From: an uncultured candidate division Zixibacteria bacterium
GTDB taxonomy: Bacteria > Zixibacteria > MSB-5A5 > RBG-16-43-9
DNA: 64,000 nucleotides
Assembly: GCA_963713865.1 (NCBI GenBank)
Contig: OY970208.1
Span: 1,568,001-1,632,000, forward strand
Reading direction: 5' to 3'
Shown here: piece by piece, positions 40,645 to 49,945 of the stretch
How positions within the stretch are numbered: position 1 is the stretch's first letter
How the letters are laid out: the number at the start of each line of letters is the position of its first letter
Translations under genes and position numbers: made by a program
Notes under the pieces: generated by a model
What the model saw: the letters and a program-made list of their open reading frames with translations, nothing else
What the model was told of the DNA's origin: nothing
Database searches by the model: none

Positions 40645-40795
40645 AACGGAATGGTTCAACGGTTTAATCGTTTAAAAGTTCAAAGGAGAAAAAAGTAAGA
40701 AGTAAGAAGTAAAACGTGAGACGTGAGACGAAAATCGTAAAGCGACCCTTTTAGGGCCACCTAAGCCCTACGGGCACTACGAAAAAGAAAAAAAC

Positions 40796-41473
40796 ATGAA
40801 AGGAACATTAGTTAATACTGCGACTGTGATCATTGGCAGTCTAATCGGTCTGGCTGTTGGGAGCAGGTTCACGGAAAAGATTAAAACGATTGTCCTGCAG
40901 GCTCTGGGTCTGTGTACTTTTTTAATTGGGATTAAGATGGCTTTTAAAACAGATAATATATTATTGGTTATTTGCAGCTTAGCCCTAGGTGGGATAACGG
41001 GTGAGCTTTTAAAAATCGAAGATGGTCTGGAGAAAATCGGAGAAATTATAAAAAGCAAAGTTAAATCTGGGTCTGGAACTTTTGTCTTAGGTTTTGTAAC
41101 TGCCAGTCTGGTTTTCTGCGTGGGACCTATGACCATTGTAGGCTCAATCCAGGATGGAATCTCCGGTAATGCTGACACCCTGTATGCCAAGTCTATGCTG
41201 GATGGTTTTGCTTCGATCGCTTTTGCTTCGAGTTTAGGTGTGGGTGTGTTTTTTTCTTTCTTAACTGTATTAATATTTCAAGGGGCCTTAACCATTCTGG
41301 GAAGTCAATTGACATTTTTAGTTGAGCCTTCCATATTAAATGAATTGACTGCTACTGGTGGATTGATGATTTTGGGAATCGGGTTTTATCTGTTGGATAT
41401 AAAAAGAATCAAAGTAGGTAATTTTCTTCCAGCTTTAGTTTTTGTGGTGATCTTAGCTTTAATTTTTAAGTAG
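40796..41473 (+). CDS. DUF554 (YdfK-like) membrane protein
   Basis: GTLVN, GFVTASLVFCVGPM, KSMLDG, NFLPAL. Confidence 0.9.
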   Translation: MKGTLVNTATVIIGSLIGLAVGSRFTEKIKTIVLQALGLCTFLIGIKMAFKTDNILLVICSLALGGITGELLKIEDGLEKIGEIIKSKVKSGSGTFVLGFVTASLVFCVGPMTIVGSIQDGISGNADTLYAKSMLDGFASIAFASSLGVGVFFSFLTVLIFQGALTILGSQLTFLVEPSILNELTATGGLMILGIGFYLLDIKRIKVGNFLPALVFVVILALIFK

Positions 41474-41483
41474 TTCTTTAAAA

Positions 41484-41580
41484 CGTAGCGGAGGTCTCTA
41501 AACCTCCATAGATTGAGACAATGATTCAGAGAAAGCTATGGAAGGCTGAAGTCTCAAGACCTTGACGGTCTTCCGCTACA
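41484..41580. repeat. GTAGCGGAGGTC-family REP
   Basis: cgtagcggaggtctctaaacctcc..ggaaggctgaagtctcaagaccttgacggtcttccgctaca. Confidence 0.75.
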
Positions 41581-41667
41581 AAAAACAAAACTCTTTTACA
41601 TTAATGATAGAGTATTTTTATCCGATGTAAAAGTTAGATAAACCCAGGAAAACAAGAGAGGTGAAAT

Positions 41668-42756
41668 ATGGCAGTAACAGCTGAAGTTAAGCTTTTAGAT
41701 TTAAGGCCGGATTATATCAAGGAGAAATTAGGGAGTAAGAGCAAAGCCTGTTTACTTAATTCGCATGATATTTTCAATGCAATCAAAGATGAAAAGGTCA
41801 TCGTGATGGCGTGTAATACCAGGATAAAGCATGTAATTCCGGGCATAATGAGAGCGGCTGAGAAGTTAGATTCGATAGTGGCATTCGAACTGGCAAAATC
41901 TGAAGGAAACTTAGATGGCGGATATACCGGGATGACCCCTGAGATCTTTTTCGATACGGTAATCGGATATGCGGAGAAGGCTGGTTTTTCAAAACCATTT
42001 TTCATTCATGGTGACCATATCACTACTAAAAATACCTCTAAGGAAGAGATCGAATCCTCCAAAAAGCTTATTGCAGCAGAATTGAAAGCTGGTTATACTT
42101 CCTTTGCTATCGATTCCTCCTTTAACGAGTTAGAAGATAATATCTGGATAACATCTGAACTTGCTAAGCCGATTGTAGAATCAGGTCTGGGTTTAGAAGT
42201 TGAGGTAGGCGAGGTAAAATCTGCCGGGCAGGAAGCGGTGATTACTACAGTGGGAGAAGCAGCAACCTTTATAAATGGACTCTCGAAAAATAATATCAAA
42301 CCGGATCTTTTAGCTATCAATAATGGCTCCAAGCATGGAAATTATTTAGAAGGAGAGAAGGTTTTCATTGATCTGAGCAGGACCAAAGAAATTTATGAAG
42401 TGATAAAAGATAATGGAGCCTGCATTGCCCAGCACGGGATCACCGGCACTCCTTTGCATTTAGTTGGTAAATTTGCAGATTGTGGTATTCGCAAGGGGAA
42501 TGTAGGGACTGAATGGCAGAATATCGCTCATAAAGGTCTGCCAAAGGATTTAATGGAGCAGATGAAAAACTGGTCTAAGGATAATAAGAAAGATATAAAG
42601 TTCGCTACCAAAGTTTTCATAAAAGAGATAAATTCTATTCCGGAAAAGAACCAGAACGCTATTGAGGAAAAGGCATACCAGGAAGCCTGTGAGTTTATTC
42701 ACGCCTTTAGAGCAGAGAAGTTAGCTTCCAAGTTAAAGGATAGGCTATTCAAGTAA
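41668..42756 (+). CDS. Class II fructose-bisphosphate aldolase family protein
   Basis: HGDH, YTSFAIDSS, EVEVGE, NGSKHG, QHGITG, KGNVGT. Confidence 0.88.
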   Translation: MAVTAEVKLLDLRPDYIKEKLGSKSKACLLNSHDIFNAIKDEKVIVMACNTRIKHVIPGIMRAAEKLDSIVAFELAKSEGNLDGGYTGMTPEIFFDTVIGYAEKAGFSKPFFIHGDHITTKNTSKEEIESSKKLIAAELKAGYTSFAIDSSFNELEDNIWITSELAKPIVESGLGLEVEVGEVKSAGQEAVITTVGEAATFINGLSKNNIKPDLLAINNGSKHGNYLEGEKVFIDLSRTKEIYEVIKDNGACIAQHGITGTPLHLVGKFADCGIRKGNVGTEWQNIAHKGLPKDLMEQMKNWSKDNKKDIKFATKVFIKEINSIPEKNQNAIEEKAYQEACEFIHAFRAEKLASKLKDRLFK

Positions 42757-42816
42757 AATCCTTAGAAAAATATTGAAAAGGTCTGGCAGGGTGCCTGACC
42801 TACGAGGGATTGAATC

Positions 42817-42899
42817 TGAATTGTAAAGCTTTAGCTTTACCTTTAATTCATTAACAACCTGTGGTACAAATGCTGGCAAACCTAAAGGTTTACACTTCA
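42817..42899. repeat. GGAGTGTAAACC-family REP (inverted)
   Basis: tgtaaagctttagctttac..ggcaaacctaaaggtttacacttca. Confidence 0.7.
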
Positions 42900-42949
42900 C
42901 GAAGTCTGGTAAATATTTGAACAATATAAAATTATCCTCAAAAAAAGGC

Positions 42950-42977
42950 TTGACAAATTTCGTTTATTAGTTATAAT
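42950..42977 (+). promoter_or_regulatory. Consensus sigma70 promoter of the porU-porV operon
   Basis: TTGACA-N16-TATAAT with an upstream A-tract. Confidence 0.75.
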
Positions 42978-43170
42978 GTTGGCAAGAAAAGAAAGGATTT
43001 GCCTATAGATTATAGTTAAAGGGTATTTTGTGTTTTTGAAAGACAAATTTTGGTTCTAAAAGAGGAGTATCCCTTTAACTATGAGGCATCTTATCTTCCG
43101 AGCAGAAAACCCACTAAGGCGGATTAAAACTTCTCGGTTTTTTATTTGTTCAGATTTGAATCCATTAGAT

Positions 43171-46100
43171 ATGACTAAAAGGATAGTATTACCTCTTATC
43201 CTCCTCTGCCTGATTCTGCCGCTTTACGTTTACGCTTCAAATGAGTATAGCGATATCCAGATTTTAAGGTCAGACGAAAAGGGGATAGTTTTCAGATATA
43301 AGGTTCCTGAATTGACTTCGTCAAAATATAACAAGGGTGATACTCTTTTCGATATCTTGAGTATTGATAAATGTCCCCTTTCCAAGGATCCGGGATACCC
43401 TCAGGGTGCCAGCAAGAATTGTGGTGATCGGGATTCCACTGGGAAGTCAGATAGATGTTAGAATTTTAGAAGGGAATAGTCTGGAGAAAGGAAAGCTCAA
43501 TTTACCACGTTTTGAAGAAAGGCTTATAAACGAAGAAGGGCAGGAGTCAAGGAAATTACCAGAAAATATATATAATAAAGATATATTTTATCCTGAGAAG
43601 ATTGTGAGTTTTGACTATCCTACTTTTATGCGGAACCAGAGGATTTTGAGGCTGAAAATATTCCCGGTTCAATATAATCCTCTGAGAAAAGCGATAAAAT
43701 ACTATTCCGATATCACCATAGCAGTCGATTTTGCTGGAGGTGAAAAGAACGAGGGTAAAATAGAAAAAGATTTATTTGAAAACGTATTCAGAGAAACCAT
43801 TTTGAATTATGAGGTAGCGAAAATCTGGAGGAAAACCAAGGAGACAGGTTTAAAGAAAGTTTTACAGGTTAATCCTTTCAGTTACTCGGACACCTGGTAC
43901 AAAATTACTCTCAGGGATAATAGCATCTATAAATTAGATGGTAACTATCTGGCTAATGCCGGGATAAACCTGTCTTCTATTAATCCGCAGAAGATAAGAA
44001 TCTTTAATGGGGGAGGGAAAGTCCTTCCACTGTTGAATAAAGATCCTCGTCCAGAGTTGAAAGAGGTTGCTATATTTGTTTCAGATGGAGGGGATAATAA
44101 ATTCGACTCATCTGATTTTATCTTATTTTATGGCTGGTCTGTGAATAACTGGGAATATGATTCTACTTATGGGGGATACAAATATTATCTAAACCCTTAT
44201 ACCAGGGAAAATGTTTTCTGGCTTACTTTTACAGGAGACTTTCCGGATTCTGCTAAAAGGATGGAGATAAAAGATGGGAGTTTGCTTGATCCACATCCCT
44301 TTATCTTCACAAAATCTAAGGAAAGAATTCATATGGAGAGTGATGTAATGCTCCATGAAGTTGATGGGACCCCTTATGATTATTTTCAATGGTACTGGAA
44401 AGACGGCACTTCTTTTACCTTATACCAACCTTTATCCAATGTCCTTCCGGGAGATACTGCTGTTATTAAGGTCAGGCATACATCCAGTAGTATCTCTTCT
44501 ATTGTTCTTAACTCCACTCCTTCAATGATAGACTCAACCAAAAGAGACAAACTGTTTAATTATATCACCACAGCACGTTCTATAGACTTAGATAGCGGAT
44601 TAAACACCCTTCAAATCAGTTTTCCCTCTTGGATATATTTAGATTACTATGAAATCGAATACTGGAAAAAACTTATCTGTTCTGATAATCAGCTCTGGTT
44701 TGAAAATCAGGATACATCTGATATAATAGAGTATAGGATCACTGGTTTCAATGGAATCGCTCCCTATCTTTTTGAGATAGACGATAGATTTGAAGTAAAG
44801 AAATTTGAGAATCTAACCAGAAGTGTTGATACGATAAGATTTCAGGATCAGGTTACAGGAGGAGAGAAAAAGCAGTTTTACTTAGCGGATCAGTCTAAAT
44901 TCAAGACTCCGATTTCACTGACTTTAAACCAGATGGCTGATTTGAGAGATGTTTCAAATCAGGCTGACCTTTTGGTGATTACCCATTCTGATTTTTATGA
45001 CCAGCTGCAGGAATATAAAAGTCTTAGAGAAAACCTGAATCTTAGAGTCAAGTTAGTTGAAGTTCAAGACATATATGATGAGTTCTCCTGGGGGCTTTTC
45101 GATCCGGTAGCGATTAGAGATTTTATTAAATTCGCTTATGAAAACTGGGATGGTCAGGCACCAGCTTATGTTCTTTTAGTAGGGGATGGAACCTATGATT
45201 ATAAAGACCTTTTAGGCACCCATTCACCTAACTGGATCCCTCCTTTTGTAGCTAATCCATCGATCGATATATCGGTCTCGGATGATAACTACGCTTATTT
45301 CGGCAACTATGGCTATCTGGATGAGGATAGTAACGGGGTGGTGGATATGTTCATAGGGAGATGGCCTGTTAAAACTAATCAGGACGTGCAAATTATAATA
45401 AATAAAATCAAAGATTATGAAACTTCTCCAGAATTGAATACCTGGAGAAATTTGATAACCTTAGTGGCAGATGATGAGTTCGGACCACCGGGGATTAATG
45501 ACGAATGGGAACACACCGTTTATACAGAAAGTTTATCTAAAGAGCATATTCAAAAGAGTTTTAATCTGAACAAAATTTATCTAATGGAATATCCCAAAGA
45601 TGTCAACGGGAAAAAGCCTGAGGCAGAAGAGGCTATTGTAAATGCCTTTAATAACGGAACAGTAATTATCAATTATATGGGACACGGGAATCCCAATGTC
45701 TGGGCACATGAATATGTTTTTAAAAGGGAACAGGATATCCCACGGTTGAAGAATAAAAAAAGATTACCCTTAGTTTATGTAGCATCCTGTAGTATAGGAA
45801 ATTTCTATAATCCTTATGCTGAAGGGATGGGCGAGGAGTTTTTGAGAGCAGAGGAAAAAGGCGCAATCTCTGTAATCTCTGCTACCTGGCTGGTCTATGC
45901 CACGGAAAATGCCATGTTAAATTACAAAGTTTATGACCTGCTTTTAAGATCTAACTCACTATACTCCATATCCGAAGCATTATATATCGCCAAACTTTTA
46001 AGGGGCTATAATAGTAATGATCGCCAGTATATTATCATAGGAGACCCATTGACTTTTTTAGCTTCTCCTGAACTACAGGTCAGGTTGAAAGATTTGAATC

Positions 46101-47165
46101 CGGATACACTTTCAGCTCTGAGCCGGATCAATTTTAAAGGCGAAGTAACAGGCAGAGAAGGAAATATTAAAGCAGATTTTAATGGAACTGCTAATCTTTT
46201 AGCTTTTGATTCAGAAAGACAGAGGACTCATATGATCCGTAATCAGTCTGGTGAAATAGTGGATAGTGTGAAATATAATCTGCCGGGGAATGTGATGTTC
46301 AGAGGAATCGCCCTGGTTCAAAATGGAGAGTTTACAGGTAACTTTATAGTGCCTAAGGATATTGGTTACGGAGGTAAAAACGCAAAGATCAGTGCTTATG
46401 TGGTTAATTCTGATTCCAGCATTGATGGTGCAGGAGCTTTAGATTCCCTTATAGTAGCTGGGACTGATACCACGGTAAAAGACAATTTGGGTCCACAAAT
46501 ATCGATTTTATTTGAAGAGAATCTGAAATTTACAGATGGGGATACAGTTAAGCCAGAACCCTAACCTTATAGTTTATATAAATGATCCCCAGGGGATTAA
46601 TCTCACCGGTGAATTAGGACACGGGATCACGTTAATTATTGATGATGATTGGGAAAATATACAGGATTTGACTTCAAATTTCCAATACGATTTAAACAAT
46701 TACACACAGGGAAGTCTCAGACAAAAATTGAACTTAAAAGATGGGGAACATACGCTGAAAATAAAAGCCTGGGATAATGCCAATAACTCAACTCTTCAAA
46801 GTTTTCTGGTGAAGGTCTTGTCCGTAGATAAAGAATTATCAATTACCGAGGCGATGAACTATCCAAATCCTTTTTCCACAAAGAATCATGGTTCCACCCA
46901 ATTCACCTATGAGCTTTCAGTTCCTGCTGAAAAGGTGGAGGTAAAGATATTCACTATATCAGGCAGGTTAATCAAAATTATATCTGGAACTGGCTCCCCC
47001 GGGTTTAACTCCGGGGTAATCTGGGATGGAAGGGATGAAGATGAAGATAGGGTAGCTAATGGAGTGTATATTTATAAAATCATAGCAGAAACAAAATATA
47101 ATTCTGGAGGAAAGGAAACAACCAAAAAGGCTGAAGCCATAGGAAAAGCAGTGGTTATGAACTGA
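43171..47165 (+). CDS. porU: T9SS sortase PorU (C25 gingipain-family peptidase); +1 indels at ~43405 and ~46550; start could be 43081
   Basis: Signal peptide; C25 propeptide (PGYPQVPARIVVIGIP after repair); QDIYDEFSWG..AIRDF, LLVGDG, IGRWPV, NYMGHG (His), ASCS (Cys), FIVPKDI, KAWDNANN; C-terminal NYPNPF..WDGRD CTD. Confidence 0.88.
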
Positions 47166-47238
47166 AACTGTTTCTTCTTGCTCAGCTTAAAGCAAAATTA
47201 TATATTAAATTGATAACAAACTCAAGGAGGTAGCATTT

Positions 47239-49929
47239 ATGCGACGTTTTCTTCTTACTGGCTGGCTTTTCATAGTAGTGCTTTTTCTGGCAGTAGAATC
47301 TTTTGCGCAGGTAAGTCTATCCACTGTTCTTTTCTTAAGGATTGCGGCTGGCGCAAGAGCTGCAGGTATGGGTGAATCTTTCGTAGCTATAGCGGATGAT
47401 GCCACAGCCACTCACTGGAATCCGGCTGGTTTAGGGCTTTATCCTTTAGCCAGTACCTGGTTAGATTATAAGGGAAAAGCTGAGTATAGATTCAAATCCT
47501 TAGCCCTTTTAGGCAATGACAATCCAGAGAGCAATTATAAAAGACATGATCTCTGGGCTATCTCCGGGACTGAGCTTTATACCTGGACCGGTCAAGAATG
47601 GCAGAGTTTTCTTTCTTACCCGGTTTCTTCTGGAGAGACGGCTGAAAGTATTGTGAGGAAATATACTCAGGAAAAAGATGAAAATAGATTGAAGAAGATG
47701 TTAGCACAGGTGGGCTGGCAGAATTGCGGAATAAGCAAAGATTCACTGGAAAATCTAAAAGGAACAGTTTTATCTTTTATGCCACAGGACTCCTCCCGTC
47801 TGGCAGACTTAGAAAAAGGTTTGGGTGATCTTATTACTGCCCTGGAAAATTCTCTTTTAGAGCGTCAAGCTCTTAAAGAGTTTTTAAACCTTACTGGAAA
47901 TGCAGTTAAAGATAGTTCCATTACCGTCCAGGAAGAAGAGTTGATTTTAAATTCAGCCAGAAAGACCATCCTAAAGTCACTTCCAGTGGTTCTTGAGCTC
48001 CCTTATAGTATTATATTTTTAGATTCTCTCAACTCTCTATCTTCAGACGATAAAACTCTCTGGGTAGGTGCTAATAGTGGATTATATAAATTCGATGGTA
48101 AAGAGTGGAGAAGATTTACCTCAGTAGATGGTCTTCCTACAGATGGGGTTTATTCCCTGGCTTTCAGTCCTGCTGGCACAATCTGGATCGGAACAGACAG
48201 CGGAGTAGTCAAGTTCGATGGCAAAGTATTTAACAGAATCTATTTAGCCCCGGAGGTCAGGGATTACAGGGTAACACATATTGCAGCCAGAAGTGATAAA
48301 GAGGTCTGGGCCGCCACTTCCAAGGAGCTTATGAAGTTCGATGGAGCTCTTTTTATTCCCTATTATATCTTTAATGTTAAATCCTTTGAAGAACTAAGCC
48401 AGGGGGTAAAGAAGTTTTTAGACCGAGAGGACGAGGAGAATCTGAACTTGGTATTGAAAAGGGTCGAGGCTCTAAATTATGTAGTGAATGAGCAGGTTTA
48501 TCCAAACCAGCCTATAAAGATAGAGTATGGTTTAGCTTTAGAGGGAAAGGTAACCTGCCTGACTTTTGACCGGAAAGGGAGCCTGTTGGTCGGGACTGAA
48601 ACCGGTTTCCTAAAATTTGAAGATGGAAAGTGGAAAAGATATGGATACAGAAAATATGAAGTAAAAAATGAGAAAACAGTTGAAGAGGTAGCAGAAAAGT
48701 TTTTACCTTACAAAGATAAAGAGAGGGTCGAGGATATCGCTGGGAAGATTATGGAGTACAATCACCTGTCAACCAACGAGTTGAAACCAGGGCAAAAGCT
48801 TTATGTGTATGCCAATTCCTTGGGCAGTCAGATACTTTCTATAACTATGGCAGGTGAGGATAATCTTTTCGTGGGAACTGAATTCGGAACTTTGAGATTT
48901 GACGGAGAGAACTGGGGAAAATATTATCATGCAGACTTAGAGAGAGCAAAGGCCCATACTGTTATCTATAAAGATAAAGATATTTTCTTTGGCACAGATA
49001 ATAAAGCGGTGATCTATGCTCATGCCAAAAGGGAGCTTACTTTTATGCACGCTAACCTTTTGCCAGAGCTAGCTGAGGACGTTTATTATGAATACCTGTC
49101 CTATGTTCAGAACACTGAGAACTGGGGAACTCTTGGCGGCAACATTACTTTCATATCCTATGGTTCAATCCCCCGGACAGAATCCAGTCCAGAAGTGGTA
49201 GGTGAACTAAATCCATATGAAGCTGCGATAACTCTCTCCTACGGTACAAGTATGGGAAAGAGATTATCCTTAGGTCTGGGTGCAAAGTTTATCTATAGTC
49301 ATCTTTCTGACCAGGGAGCTGGTAAGGAGCGGGGAAGTGGCACTGGTTCCTCTTTTGCCATTGATGCGGGGATCATTAATAAGGAAGCTCCTTCATGGGC
49401 CAAGTATCTAATTTCTACTGGGTCTCTTGGTGCGCTTATTACGGATTTTAAAGTATTTAGCAAGTATCCGATGGTTTATCTTTCACCTCTATCCGCAATC
49501 CTTAGCAAAAGACTAACTTTAGGTGCGGCGGTTACCAATTTAGGACCGGATGTTTCCTATATTGACGTGGATCAAGCTGATCCTTTACCCCGGAACTTAG
49601 CTTTAGGGTTTGCCGCTAAGATTTTCGATACACCTTATAACAAACTCACTGCAGTTGGTGAGGTCAATAAGGAGTTAGTGGATGTGAGTGGAGATGTAAA
49701 GAAGATGATGGAGCAGGCAGTCAAAAATGTGGGATTAGAATATTGGTATGCTAATTATATAGCTCTGAGAGCAGGTTACATCTATGACAAGGTTGGAGAT
49801 ATAAAGACTTACACCTTCGGCTTTGGGTTGAGGATTAACCTTTTGAGAATAGATTTTGCCTATGTTCCAGCCAATCAGAATGTGGCTCTGGCTAATACTA
49901 CCAGGGTCTCAGGAACAATGAGATTTTAA
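47239..49929 (+). CDS. porV: PorV/PorQ-family (FadL-like) outer-membrane barrel with large LysM + beta-propeller insertion
   Basis: FLRIAAGARAAGMGE..ADDATATHWNPAGL; barrel resumes at ~aa 597 (LTFMHANLL, GAKFIYSHL, AIDAG, NLGP, DPLP, GLEYWY..LRAGY, IDFAY, terminal F); directly follows porU. Confidence 0.85.
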   Translation: MRRFLLTGWLFIVVLFLAVESFAQVSLSTVLFLRIAAGARAAGMGESFVAIADDATATHWNPAGLGLYPLASTWLDYKGKAEYRFKSLALLGNDNPESNYKRHDLWAISGTELYTWTGQEWQSFLSYPVSSGETAESIVRKYTQEKDENRLKKMLAQVGWQNCGISKDSLENLKGTVLSFMPQDSSRLADLEKGLGDLITALENSLLERQALKEFLNLTGNAVKDSSITVQEEELILNSARKTILKSLPVVLELPYSIIFLDSLNSLSSDDKTLWVGANSGLYKFDGKEWRRFTSVDGLPTDGVYSLAFSPAGTIWIGTDSGVVKFDGKVFNRIYLAPEVRDYRVTHIAARSDKEVWAATSKELMKFDGALFIPYYIFNVKSFEELSQGVKKFLDREDEENLNLVLKRVEALNYVVNEQVYPNQPIKIEYGLALEGKVTCLTFDRKGSLLVGTETGFLKFEDGKWKRYGYRKYEVKNEKTVEEVAEKFLPYKDKERVEDIAGKIMEYNHLSTNELKPGQKLYVYANSLGSQILSITMAGEDNLFVGTEFGTLRFDGENWGKYYHADLERAKAHTVIYKDKDIFFGTDNKAVIYAHAKRELTFMHANLLPELAEDVYYEYLSYVQNTENWGTLGGNITFISYGSIPRTESSPEVVGELNPYEAAITLSYGTSMGKRLSLGLGAKFIYSHLSDQGAGKERGSGTGSSFAIDAGIINKEAPSWAKYLISTGSLGALITDFKVFSKYPMVYLSPLSAILSKRLTLGAAVTNLGPDVSYIDVDQADPLPRNLALGFAAKIFDTPYNKLTAVGEVNKELVDVSGDVKKMMEQAVKNVGLEYWYANYIALRAGYIYDKVGDIKTYTFGFGLRINLLRIDFAYVPANQNVALANTTRVSGTMRF

Positions 49930-49945
49930 GTCAACAAGGGATTAA

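Noticed and set aside
42860-42900. GGCAAACC as a c-di-GMP-I riboswitch upstream of porU
   Set aside because: It is one arm of the GGAGTGTAAACC repeat family; the GAAA tetraloop and P2 elements are missing, and it lies upstream of the promoter
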